Assembly (NCBI GenBank): GCA_051362555.1
Contig: CM120642.1
Span: 15,252,001-15,316,000 of the forward strand
DNA length: 64,000 bases
Direction of reading: 5' to 3'
Source: Lingula anatina
Lineage: Eukaryota > Animalia > Brachiopoda
Shown here: positions 13,801-26,261 of the stretch, one piece after another
How the letters are laid out: every line of letters starts with the position of its first letter
How positions within the stretch are numbered: the first letter of the stretch is position 1
Position numbers and translations under genes: made by a program
Notes under the pieces: model-generated
Seen by the model: only the letters and a program-made list of their open reading frames with translations
The model's database searches: none
Told to the model about the DNA's origin: nothing

Positions 13801-15171
13801 AAAGAGGCAGAGAGAATAGTGCAGTGGGCAACAATGGTAAACAAAACGAAAATACCGGACACTGAGAAGCTTTTCGACGAAAACTCTTTGCAAGATACAA
13901 CCATGGTTAGTCCTTGGGACCTTTTGAAAGCACCAAGACTTATTGCGAGGACCGCGGTGGTATCGTTTGGCTGGTAATGTGTTTATACAATCTTTTCACC
14001 TCAACACGTGTTTTAGGATCCATTAATAATGTCAATGGCGGCAAAATGCATCCTGCATAGAGGTCGATGTCTCTTTTATCTGAGACATCATGCTATATAT
14101 TTTTTTGCCATGCTGAAGTGAGGATTTATAATTAGTTTAACCATTTAACATAATTGCCGAATAAAAAAATGGAGTTGATTCATAAGAAACCTTTAAAGTT
14201 ATCTTTTTTAAAATTGTCTATTCAATTAACAGTTACTCTTCAATGCTGACCAAAGAACAACTGTACATGTATAATAGTAACATTTTAACAATTTAGGATC
14301 ACAGTTGGAATGTCATGGTATGGTTTGACACTGAATCAGGGGTCCCTAGATGGTGACATCTTCATCAATTCTGTCGTGATGTCAGCAATCGACCTTATAG
14401 GTTTCTCATCGTTAATAATCATCAACAAAATTGGTAGGAGAAAAACATACTGTGCCGGCATGTTGATTTCTGCCTTGTCTATGCTGTGTACAATACCGGT
14501 TCATTTCTTCGCAGACAAAGGTTCGTGTCCTGTACCTGTTTAGGATCAATATAAACCCTTGACAGGTCGCAGTGACCTGATCAAAGGGATAGTTATTGGA
14601 ACACAGAAACCATAGAAAGTACAGCACATACCGTATAAGCATGTTCCCTCTATATATGTACTATCTATAGATCTAGTCGAAATAGGTTTACCTTGGCTGA
14701 CAAATTTAAGTTAATAGCGGAGGGAACATAGTATTAGGCGTGAGTAGTACCACATTTCTTCAAGCAAAACAGGAAAATTAATAGTAATAAATCAATACGT
14801 ACCAGTAAAACGTGGCAAGAGGCCTTTTGTATAGGTACAAACTTGGACATAATAAGAGAAAGCTTCTCTTATTATGTCCATGGTACGAATATCACGGATA
14901 TCAATGTGTACGTTACTTCCATCATTCTAGACAGAGCAGCCACCAATATCGTATTCAATGCGTTGTACACCATAGGAAAGCTAGGTGTCAGCGGCTGTTT
15001 CACCCTTCTTTTCATGTGGAATGGCGAATTTTATCCAACGGCCTTACGGAACTTTGGACTAGGGTTAGGATGTACATTTGGCCGTGTTGGAGCCATTGTA
15101 TCACCAATTGTTATGGTACGGTAAAATTACGACTCCAGAGATAATGTGCACTTCATTGTACCTATTTTCTT

Positions 15172-15202
<31 letters not shown>

Positions 15203-15952
15203 CCTTTTGGGGGGTAGGGATTGGGGCGATCTTTTCTCCATAAAACTGTTTCTGTTCAGCTCGAGTAAGAAATATTTAAGCATTTTGCCGTAATAATACA
15301 AACCATCATGCGGTTTTTTTCGCTCATTTGAACTTATTTCGCAATTGTAAAATCAAAACCGAGAAAAATAAATTATTCCAATATTTATCGTTAAGATTGT
15401 TTAAGGTTATAAGCAGAGACCCCCGTACATCATCAAAACGTCATTATCATTACAAAGTTATAATCCAACCGATTACTAGAGGACTGGACCGTTTTCTAAA
15501 GATATCCACCACAGCTCATATTTTGATACAATTCTGAGGTTCTTTCTGCGGATAATGGCGAAATCCGTATCAGTTTTCTCAATTATGTCAATTAAATTAA
15601 ATTGATCTAAGCTGTTTTATACGGTTAATACTTTATAATACACATTTGTAGGACCAACTCGGAGAACATCCAGTTCTTGGTAACACTGTTCCTCTGATAT
15701 TGTTTGGCTGCATGACATTGTTCTGTGCTTTGAGTGGTCTATATCTCCCTGAAACCGCACACAAACACCTGCCAGAGACCTTGGAAGATGCTGAAAACTT
15801 TGGAGTAAAACGGTTTGTAATATACTTAACTGGCGGCACCTTTATATCTCTATCCTTCATTCCATACATGTCATCTGTCTCTTCCTCTCTCTCTCTCTCT
15901 CTCTTTTCATCTCTCTCCCCCTCTCCCTCTCTCTCTCTCTCATTCTCTCTCT

Positions 15953-16000
<48 letters not shown>

Positions 16001-16205
16001 TACACACAATATTCAAAGCTGGATTCGAAACTAATTTCACTTCCTGCTCACAAAATATGTCTTGATAACTATTTTATTGCCGTAAAGACGGGGAAATAGA
16101 TGATTTATAGGCAAGACATACTCGAAAATACATTTCAGGTGTAAGAAGGCTGTCTGCAAAATGCCCAGTGAGACAACTGCCCCAGTATTTGAAATGGAAT
16201 CTTAA
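10835..16205 (+). CDS. SLC22 organic cation/anion transporter-like gene, copy C (10 exons, about 545 aa, intact)
   Basis: Exons 10835-10977, 11191-11401, 12204-12307, 12824-12978, 13324-13492, 13755-13973, 14297-14520, 14931-15115, 15652-15812, 16139-16205. Exon 2-10 sizes match copy B. MDFDKVVQLVGEFGRIQ...PESPRWL...EFYPT...LPET...FEMES*. Confidence 0.93.
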
Positions 16206-16840
16206 TCAAGTCACAATGCCACAGTTTGACGCACATGGGGTAATTTTTGTAGCAGTCATCTCCTTCGGTTTTATGTGTCAGATGTTTTAAACAACAAACT
16301 GGCGATTTGGAATGGCGATTGACTGAAATTGTGTTTTCACTAGTCAAATGTATTTCTACATGGGGAACTGCATTTATTTCCACTGTCTCACTCTGGAAAA
16401 TTACATCGAAGACTGACTGTTCATATTATACGTTTCGATGCGACATGTCGCAACTTAGTGAAATTAAAAATATCATTCCTTTAAAAACGCTAGACTGAAA
16501 AATGATTTTTTTTAAATTCATTAGTGCAAACTGAACACATTTGGTAATAAATTTACGATCGACCTAAGAAGAAAAAAAACATAAGTTCTTAGAAATTGGT
16601 TTATATTTTTTCTATTTCTTTTCTTGTTTCTTTCAAGTGAATTTAAGTAAGTAAGTTAAAATAAATACACTAGTGGCAAGGGTATTCTGCGGACAGATAC
16701 GTTTCACATATCGTTTGTCTCCAAAATAACGGAAAAGCCCCTGTTTTCGACCTACAGAGGGACTAACAAGACATCATCTCAAGACTGAGATAATTACCTG
16801 ATCACCTTCACCTGAACAGATAATTCAGTTGTGACCAAGT

Positions 16841-17324
16841 CTGCCAGAACGAACAGACGAAACAGTCAGCAGGTAAACCAAATATCTGGATCTATCATAA
16901 ATGAAAACTTTCTGACTATCAAAGCTGAAATCCAATGAAACTATTTTCACATATATATCGACCTGTTTTTAACCATAATGGACCCGTTTCATATTCCACA
17001 GTATTGCTATTTAATTAATTTACCAATGTGCCCTTATTTTTAAGGCACGATTTATTAAATCGTGCTGTTTCTGCTGGCAGCACTGCCAGAACGAACAGAC
17101 GAAACAGTCAGCAGGTAAACCAAATATCTGGATCTATCATAAATGAAAACTTTCTGACTATCAAAGCTGAAATCCAATGAAACTATTTTCACATATATAT
17201 CGACCTGTTTTTAACCATAATGGACCCGTTTCATATTCCACAGTATTGCTATTTAATTAATTTACCAATGTGCCCTTATTTTTAAGGCACGATTTATTAA
17301 ATCGTGCTGTTTCTGCTGGCAGCA
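16841..17324 (+). repeat. Tandem duplication of a 242-bp unit upstream of copy D
   Basis: 16841-17082 repeated at 17083-17324, both starting CTGCCAGAACGAACAGACG; no differences seen by eye. Confidence 0.9.
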
Positions 17325-17668
17325 CTGTTGCTAACAACAGTGACGTAGCAGTTTTGTTTAATTTTTCTTGATTAGACTTGAAGTATTGGTCTTCATTTTT
17401 TTTGTTTGCATTTTATGGCTCGACTTTGTCTAAAATAAAAGTTTTTTTTTCACAACGGATTCCACGCCCACCCTCAGGATAAGGCGCTCGTGAGAAAATA
17501 TACAAAATATCATCGTCATTGAGCCCCTATAGGAACTGTTAATCTGAACATCTATTCTTCTATGGATTTTACACGTCTCCACTAGCAACCCACATATTTT
17601 TTGTTTATTTCTCATGTTAATAGATTCTCTGCAGATTGCATCCTGAGAACATACAAAGCGCACAGAAG

Positions 17669-18586
17669 ATGGACTTTGATGAAGTTGTCCAACTTGTTGG
17701 AGAGTTTGGAAGGATCCAGTTGCGTACAGCGGCATTTTCTGGATTGGTGACGATGTCTACAGCTTTACAAATGATGGTGACTTTATTCATGCAACAGTCA
17801 CCGCCACACAGGTACTACCTGCACAAAGACGCTACTAAATGAAAAGTGTGAAGTAGTACAGTAAGGTGATGTGAAATACAATTAGCTGATGTAAAGTAAT
17901 CAGCTTTGTGTAAAGGAAATAAGTGCAGATGTATATAAACATGCTGTGAGATACATGTATGTGGCAAAGGTACCATTGCAAAGTATTAGATTGTTGATAG
18001 ATTAAATAACAACGGCCAACATATCATAAAATCTTATTTCTGTTAAAGGTGTGCCATCCCAGACCTGGCAAACGACACATTCAAAATCCAAGGTGCCTGG
18101 CACCAATATCTCATCAATCAAACCATTCTTGTAGACGAGGATGGGGAGTATGAGGGATGTCTGTGGCGTAGTGGAAATTATTCTAAAAATGGAAGTGTAT
18201 TGCCGTGCAAAGACTTGGTTTATGATACATCCGTATTCCCGAGAACGTTTCCTACAGAGGTGAGTCTGTATAATTTAATATTTCTCACTTCATATTTGCT
18301 GTCCATATATATATATATATAATTTTTATCTCATTATAAGTTGTTGTAGATTAAAGAACCCATATTTGCATGTTTTACACAGACAAACACGCCCGTATGC
18401 ATGTGTTTACTTTTCATTCCAAAGAAATATATTTTTGACTCTTCCATCTAACCAGACAAGACATCACGGTGCACAAAATGAAAATACAAAAACAAAATTA
18501 CCAGACGGAAAATAATTTGGCCAACTATTTAAGACCACTTGCTTTTATGCATCCAGTGGAATAGTTCTCCTAGGCACACTACGTTA

Positions 18587-18639
<53 letters not shown>

Positions 18640-21600
18640 GTTTAAACGTCTAATTGAGCAAATCATTTTTGATACCAGTAAAATATGTAATCAAGAACAA
18701 TATCCTGTTAAGAGGTAATAGTCAAGACTTTGGTTATTTTCTTGGAAAACATACAGACCATCGTCTTGGTCTTAAATATCAGTCACTTACAAAAATAGAC
18801 TAGCTGCCTTTATACAGACCCGTGTAATCTACATTTTATAAACTGATACATATGATTGAAAAAGTTGTTTACTTCAGTTTGGTCTATTATGCGACGATTC
18901 ACTACTGGTGAATATGGCGAACGTGGTGTATCTAGCAGGCGTGGCGGCAGGAGCAGCTGTTGGAGGCTTAGCAGCAGATCTGTAAGATACCGTATTAAGA
19001 CTTTCTTATGAATTTCGAGTTGTAATCAGTAGATAGAAAGATACATATATATTTATATATAGTCTTTACTCAACTGCCAATAATAAACCGATTATTGATT
19101 CTGTAAGTGATAGATACAATACGAGTCGCCGAGCTGTACGTGAAATATTACGAGTGTATTGGCGAGCCGCAGGCGAGACAATACACGAGTAATTTTCACG
19201 TACAGCTCGGCGACGAGTGTTGTATCTGGCTTAAACCACGGCCTCTGATTGGCTACTACACTAGTAGTGCAAGAGACCGTGGAACGCACTCGTACATGAC
19301 GTGCTTGTATGTCGAATACAGCACGGCCGAATCTTTTGTTCTACGCGCTAGCCGTGGTTTAATGAAACATACTGTTATAAATCTCCTCATCCACAGTCAT
19401 CACCATTATATGGCCTAAATCTGCTAAGATAAGAGGGGGTAATAATTAATTTGGGTTTCAGCATTAGGGAGCATTGCCACATACATGTATATATGAATCA
19501 ATCTATCTCCCCGAGGAGTCTCAATAAATGTGGGTCAACTTGAGCGGCTTTAGTATCTGTCACGCCTAGTAAAGCTGTTGGGGGTGTATTTTTCCCCCTA
19601 GCTGATTCGGTAGGCGTGACAGACATTTAAGCCGGTTGGTTGACAGCAATTTAGTGAGACTCCCCAGAGAGTTAGATCGATACAGATTTATCGATCTAAG
19701 CATGGGAACCCAGTTTTAGATTTAAAAATTGCTATCCCTTTTTCCTATAACCGCTTTTATTTAGTTTAGAAGATATATTTGCGGTTTCAGTATCGGTCGC
19801 AAGCCTATATCTTTCCTGGCCTGTTTTGTACATGGTGTCGGAGGACTGGGAGCCGCTTTGTCACCTAACTACGGGGCTTATGTCGCATTCCGTTTCTTGG
19901 TCGGCAGCTGTCAGGGCATCCTTAACAGTTCTGTCATAGTTTTAAGTATGTATAATCACATAAAAGTACGTAGTTAGTGTCAAGTGTAACTGCTAAGCCA
20001 TTTCACATTGAAAGACTCCCGTTTTCCTTATGAACTTATCGATAAAATGAAGACAGGTTTTTCTGTTAGAGTTGAATTGCGACCGCTTGTGGGTAACAGC
20101 CCCCGTCAAAGTTGGGGTTTTTAGAGGACTTGAAAACTAATGTCAAATTCATGCATCATTTTAATTAACAGAAAATACTACAGCCGTTTCGAAATGTTGT
20201 AACATATTTGTTTAAGCGAGTCAGAAATGGTTATCAAAGCGGTGCCAAACCCGATGTTAACTTACTGTTTGGATATTCCACAATCTGTTTTTAAGGTGAA
20301 TGATAAACTGTTCTTACTTTCACAGGCATGGAGTTTGTGTCACCAAGAAGACGAATGACATGCGCATGCACAATGGGGATATCATGGGGTATAGGCATGG
20401 TGCTTACAACCCCTGTGGCTTATTTTATACGAGACTGGAGATATCTACAGTTGGCTGTGGCCTTGCCTTCATTTTCCAATCTTGGATTCTGGTGGTACGT
20501 TTCTCCATTTGTTTGGCATATGGTGAGTTAAATAAGTGGAGGTGCCTCATTTCAGCCAGTTTCCCCATAAAAACTTTGTGAACGCTTTCAGATCCAAACA
20601 TACTTAAAAAGAAGTAGTCATGTTGTAGACTAGGACAATTCTGAAAATTTACATGACAGGCAAATTTAGTGGGGAAGCAGTTAATGTTAAACTAAAATAA
20701 ATACGTATATGATGCGTACTTTTGGATTTTAACAGCATGTATAACGGAATTAGTATTTTTACAGGTTAATCCCAGAGTCCCCTCGCTGGCTGCTATCTAA
20801 AGGTAGATACAAAGAGGCAGAGAGAATAGTGCAGTGGGCAACAATGGTGAACAAAACGGACCTACCGAACGCTGAGAAGCTTTTCGACGAAAACTCTTTG
20901 CAAGATACAACCACGGTTAGCCCTTGGGACCTCTTGAAAACACCAAGACTTATTGCGAGGACCGCGATGGTATCGTTTGGCTGGTAATGTGTTCCTATAC
21001 CTGTATCTCCTTCGTCCCTACTTGTGTTACAGCTTATTCATTAAAAACGTCAATGTCGGACAGAATGTCGACTTATCTTTTGTCTGTTAAGGTGGCTATA
21101 TTTTTTACCACACTAAAGTGAGGATTTTTGACTTAAATTAGTTTAACCATTCAACACTATTGCCAAGTAAAGTAAGATAATGGGGATGAATCATTAGAGA
21201 CCTTTAAAAATAACTTACTTAAAATTATGAAGAAAAGCTAAAACATCGTCAATATAAAGAACCCCTATAGCAGCAGATTTGAATGTATGGAAATTAATTC
21301 ATTTAAAGACGATAGGGCCACGGGTGTCTTGTCATTAACACTCTTCAATGCCGACCAAAGAACAACTGTACATGTATAAAAGTAACATTTTAACAATTCA
21401 GGATCACAGTTGGAATGGCATGGTATGGCTTGACACTGAATCAGGGGTCCCTACATGGTGACATCTTCATCAATTCTGCCGTGATCTCAGTAATCGACCT
21501 TATAGCTTACTCATCGTTAATAATCATCAACAAAATTGGTAGGAGAACAACATACTGTGCCGGCATGTTGATTTCTGCCTTGTCTATGCTGTGTACAATA

Positions 21601-22475
21601 CCGGTTCATTTCTTTGCAGACAAAGGTTTGTGTTCCGTAATTGTTTAGGGTTGATATAAGCCATTCACAAGTGGCATGCAGTGCCCTGATGAAAGAGATA
21701 TCAATGAAAACACAGAAACGTAATGAATTATAGCACATACCTACCGTATACATACTAGCTTTACCTCAACTAATAACTGAAATTCATTAGCTTATTAGTG
21801 AAGGGAACATGCATGTAGTATTTAATTAAGCATGTGTAATAGCAAACATTGTGTCAGGCGAAACAGAAAGAAAAATAAATAAACCAATAAGCACCGGTAA
21901 AACGTGATAAGGGTCCTCTTAAGCCGGGTATCGGTACAAATATCATGGATATCAATGTGTACGTTACTTCCATCTTTACAGGCAGAGCAACCACCGGTAT
22001 CGTCTTCAATATTTTGTACACTATAGGAAAGCTAGGTGTCAGCGTCTGTTTCTCCCTTCTTTTCATCTGGAATGGCGAATTCTATCCAACAGCCTTACGG
22101 AACTTTGGACTAGGATTAGGATGTACATTTGGCCGTGTTGGAGCCATTGTATCACCAGTTGTTATGGTACGATAAACATTACGACTCCGGTAATAATGGT
22201 ACTTCATTTTACCTAATTTCTTTTATTTATATATTTATTTATTCATTTATTTATTTATCTTTTGGGGGAAGGGATGGGGGCGATTTTTTTTCTCCATTAA
22301 ACTGTTTCTGTACAGCTTAAGTAAGAAATATTTAAGCATTTTGCCGGAATAATACAATATATTGTACAATTTTTCGATGATTTGAGCTTGTTTCACAATT
22401 ATATATAAATCAAAACCGAGCAAAATTAAATTATTCCAATACTGATCATTGAAATTATCTTAGGTTATAAACAGA

Positions 22476-22515
<40 letters not shown>

Positions 22516-22905
22516 TTAATCAAAACGCCATTCTCATTTGAAGTTATATTCCAACCGATCACTAGTTGACAGGACCGTCTTCCAAAGATTTCCACCACAG
22601 CTCATATCTTGATACAGTTTTGAGCTCCTTTCTGCGGCTGATGTAACATAATGGCGAAATCCGTAGCAGTTTTCTTAATTATGTCAATGAAATAAAATTG
22701 ATCTAGGCTGGTTTATACGGTTTATACTTTCTTATACATATATTTGTAGGACCAACTCGGAGAACATCCCGTTCTTGGTAACACTGTTCCTCTGTTATTG
22801 TTTGGCTGCATGGCATTGTTCTGTGCTTTGAGTGGTCTATATCTCCCCGAAACCGCCCACAAACACCTGCCAGAGACCTTGGAAGATGCTCACAACCTGG
22901 AGTAA
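17669..22905 (+). CDS. SLC22 transporter-like gene, copy D (about 521 aa; a 1-bp deletion in exon 9 removes the C-terminal tail)
   Basis: Exons 17669-17811, 18049-18259, 18878-18981, 19791-19945, 20326-20494, 20765-20983, 21402-21625, 21982-22166, 22750-22909. Exon 9 is 160 nt versus 161 in A/B/C and reads ..EDAHNLE* (TAA 22903-22905). The former last exon starts at 23100 (..PSTFEMVS..). Confidence 0.88.
19112..19362. mobile_element. Palindromic non-autonomous element (Crypton-like) in intron 3 of copy D
   Basis: 116-bp imperfect palindrome 19112-19227 centred on GAGCCGCAGGCGAG, then an inverted pair TTAAACCACGGC (19231) / GCCGTGGTTTAA (19351). Absent from the homologous intron of copy C. 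Family call is from recalled structure. Confidence 0.6.
19474..19709. mobile_element. Palindromic MITE, same family as 38135-38349
   Basis: Arms GGAGTCTCA..TCTGTCACGCCTA..GGGGG / CCCCC..TAGGCGTGACAGA..TGAGACTCC; absent from copy C intron 3. Confidence 0.7.
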
Positions 22906-23527
22906 AACGGTTTGTGATTCACTATACTTATTAATCAGCTATTTGAATGAACACATACCCTGATGTGAGAAATATGCAAAGGTGGCATAATTAACTCGTA
23001 ATCATTCATTATCAAAATAAACTCCTAAATATAAAACCTCAAAGCAATGTATTTGTTACGAGTAAAAGCGCGAAATATATAATACAAATTTTACTTCAGG
23101 AGGAAGAGACAAGATAGCAACGCATTGTCAAATGGGAATGTTCCGTCAACATTTGAAATGGTTTCTAGAAAACAAAGACCAACCGGTTCCACAGTTTTAG
23201 AGTTACTTATTCAGCATATACAAAGCCGTCTTAGCTGCACATAATATATCAGAGTGTTCGGCAGCGTTCTCTGAATTTGTTAAATATATATGAACCTACC
23301 TGAAAAAAACACGAAGCGAATGAGCAGTAGGAAGCGTTTTTTAACTTGGGTTCCGCTTCTATAGCACTTACTATATCTATTATTGTTAGCCAATTGTATA
23401 TGGATTGTTTGCCATCACGACTAACCCTCATGGACTTAACCCAGATATCAACTGAACACGTTAACAGCGTAATTTTGTTGGTATTCTATAGACGTCTAAA
23501 AAACTGACACCACAAACAGCATTAGTA

Positions 23528-23629
23528 ATGACATTTCTTGATGTTTTCCACTACATTAAAGAGTTTGGTGAGGTTCAATTGCAAACGATGGTATTATTTG
23601 CGTTGGTAGCAATGTTGAAGACGTTACAG
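23528..23629 (+). pseudogene. SLC22 exon 1 relic
   Basis: MTFLDVFHYIKEFGEVQLQTMVLFALVAMLKTLQ aligns to MDFDEVVQLVGEFGRIQLRTAAFSGLVTMSTALQ, then breaks off into unrelated sequence with no donor. Confidence 0.75.
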
Positions 23630-24249
23630 CAGTGTTGCCGGGGTGAAAGGAATGCATGTCCTCCAGGAACGTTCCTGGGAAAATAGGACATCGATTCCTG
23701 TCTGCAGCACGTTTTAATATACTCCCAAGGGACTAAGAAGAGGCCTAATTATGTTTTAAGGGTGAACGGATGTATTTACGATCCGTGGCAGGGGTTGCAC
23801 CCACGACATACCGTAATGGATTGATCGAATTCAACGGTCTCTGCCTAATCTTGTAAACGGCATCTTTTGTGAACCGCATGTTTAATGTTACAATTATTTG
23901 AACCGCATCCTTCTTTCCCGATTGTGATACGTATTTTTAATGCGTTAACCGTATTTTTGCCCGACTGAATTTCTTACCAGACTAATGCGTGAACCGGAAT
24001 TTTTACACGACTAGTGTGTGAAACGAAAGGCTTAGTCTCAACACAATAACGCATTGGGGTTGCTGCTCTACTCGGTACATAGCCCAGTCTACGAATAATT
24101 TGGCACCTCTACTTTTGGCACCTCTAATGTGATGGGTGTATAAGCACTATTCCGCGTCAGAAAAGGTCGGTAACGGTGTCACGTTCCAAGCTGCCGTAAA
24201 CATCAGTATGCACTTAGATATACATGGCTTCATCTCTGAGACAAACATA

Positions 24250-24650
24250 CAACATTGGTCAAAAGGGTTGTCCCACCCCCATTGCCATGTACTTTTATTT
24301 ACAAATGATCACCTTACAGGTGTATATTGTTATAAACGGTGCTTTTTAGTCTAGATACCATGTCTAACATGATTAATGGTTCAAAAAACACAAGATAGTA
24401 GTGTGAATATGCACATTTTATACTATTTAGTCAAATTTATAACAGGTACCCCCTCAAAACCAATGTTTCACTGTAATTTCCACAGATGTAAAGACGTGTC
24501 TATTAAATTGAAAAGACGCCATCAAATGTCGCCAAATTTACACATAATTAGCATTAGGATGTGCTTGTTAAAGGTCACGTGCCTAATAGCGTGTGCGTCT
24601 ACCGTGTGCTGTTACTATCTCCTGTAGATGGCGCGACAAGCCTTCAACAA
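24250..24650 (+). mobile_element. Solo Tc1 terminal-repeat fragment related to 26262-27855
   Basis: CAACATTGGTCAAAAGGGTTGTCCCACCCCC.. aligns with 26262-26660. Confidence 0.75.
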
Positions 24651-24665
24651 GGCACTGGCGGTTTC

Positions 24666-24945
24666 GCGAAATATACATGTAGATTCAAAATATACTTCAG
24701 GAGGAGGACCAAAGATAGCAACACACAGTAATTTGAAATGGTGTCTTGTTAACAACGACTAACTGGTTCCTCTATTTATTTATTCAGAATATACGTGGCC
24801 GTCTACACATATATCAGTCTTCGACAGCTTTCTCCGAATTGGTGAAATGTATGTTATCTCAACCTGATTATGAGAAAAACACGAACCGATTGTGCAGTAG
24901 GAAGCGTGTTTGGTTCCGCTTCAGTATGACTTGTCTATTATTGGT
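24666..24945 (+). pseudogene. Relic of an SLC22 terminal exon plus 3' UTR (diverged copy of 23070-23385)
   Basis: TACTTCAG|GAGGAGGACCAAAGATAGCAAC..TTTGAAATGGTGTCT..GCAGTAGGAAGCGT matches the last exon and UTR of copy D. Confidence 0.75.
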
Positions 24946-25279
24946 ATACTATATATATTCTGTTCTTTATTGTTAACTCAATTCAAACAATAAAGCTATA
25001 TTTCGCAAAAAAAGGCACACTTATACAGGTAGTCACTGATCGCTAAATTACCTATTGCTTGTTTTAATTTAAATTTTCTAACTGACCAGAACTCAAATTT
25101 TGCTACTTGAATTGAGAAAAAAACTTGTTAATCAATTTTCTCTCCGAGGAAAAATCGAGAAAGGAAGTTATTTAAAATGCACTACCCCCAAATATACGCA
25201 CTGTTTTATTTAGCATACGTTTGTGCAGTTACACGTTCCATAGCTATATTGGAAATATTCCAAACTTTTGCCCAGCGTT

Positions 25280-26240
25280 TCTAAGAAAGTTTTGTGTTTA
25301 TTCTGTCCACACGCATTATCAACTATTCGGACTCATTAAAATGCTGTAATGTACCAAATATCTGTAACGTGTTTTGCAGCAAGTGAAACGAATAAAAGTC
25401 TCCCGAATTTGATACAATAGAAACACCTGCATAATCCCAATGTACTGAGAGTAGAGTGGTATATGTTCCGTTTCTCCTGGTATCTCCCTTTTTATTTTTC
25501 CTGGAAAAGTTATCTCGGAAAAAAGAACCCTTTCAATTTCATCGCTACATCTATATAATGGGAAACAAAAACGGCACGGTTACATTCATATCAATTTATT
25601 CTCACATTCAGATCTATCAACACTTAATAACGATATTTAAACATCATATAAATCTTTATCAGATGAATGTTATCGAAAATTGCTTCTTCCGAGCAAGAGG
25701 AAACAATAAGGACACTGTCGTATTTATGTTACTTACTTCACTGTCAGATATCTACACTTGAATCTTTATCAAATAAATCTTATGTGCCTCTTTTTTGAGA
25801 TACAAGGTCAAAAGTTTACCCAGTAAGTGTGAAGGGCGATCAACATACTGGGGAAAGTTTTACATAGGGCGTTTGGCACTAACCGGCGAAGTAGCCAAAT
25901 AGGTGATTTAATTTTCTGAACGCAAGAAAACTAAACACCGTTTAAAATTATGTTTAAAAGACAGTTTCAGCTCAGTGTCGTTTAAACATTTTGATAAGTG
26001 GTTGGTAGCTATGAACGTCAAAATACCAGTACAGCTACATATAGATATGCTGAAGAGGGGCACAAGCGCAGCAAATGTCGGGAGCTGACCACGCTGATGT
26101 CTGACATGGGTGTGTGGAGGGAACATGTGAATTCTTGACTGTTGCCGCCATTACAAAAAGATGATAGCTATGAACATCTTATACTTACAGAATTTTGTTT
26201 ACTGTTAACACACAACTTTGAAATGCAAGGTCAAAAAAAA
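25280..26240 (+). repeat. Diverged duplication of about 0.9 kb; partner at about 29225-30090
   Basis: Shared blocks include AATGTACCAAATATCT.TAACGTGTTTTGCAGCAAGTGAAA, GTATATGTTCCGTTTCTCCTGGT and CTTTGAAATGCAAG. Confidence 0.8.
26017..26164 (+). mobile_element. 5'-truncated RTE-like LINE 3' end with 11-bp TSD (duplicated at about 28162-28331)
   Basis: Flanked by TAGCTATGAAC at 26006-26016 and 26165-26175; the empty site is in the paralogous block near 29968. Translates, with one frameshift, as TYIDMLKRGTSAANVG/ELTTLMSDMGVWREHVNS*LLPP, resembling RTE ORF C-termini, and ends in a GATGA tail. Confidence 0.65.
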
Positions 26241-26261
26241 AAAAATATATATATATATATA

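Noticed and set aside
23630-24050. Repeated GTGAACCG-like motifs after the exon 1 relic
   Set aside because: Likely subterminal repeats of a decayed DNA transposon, but no matching second end was found.
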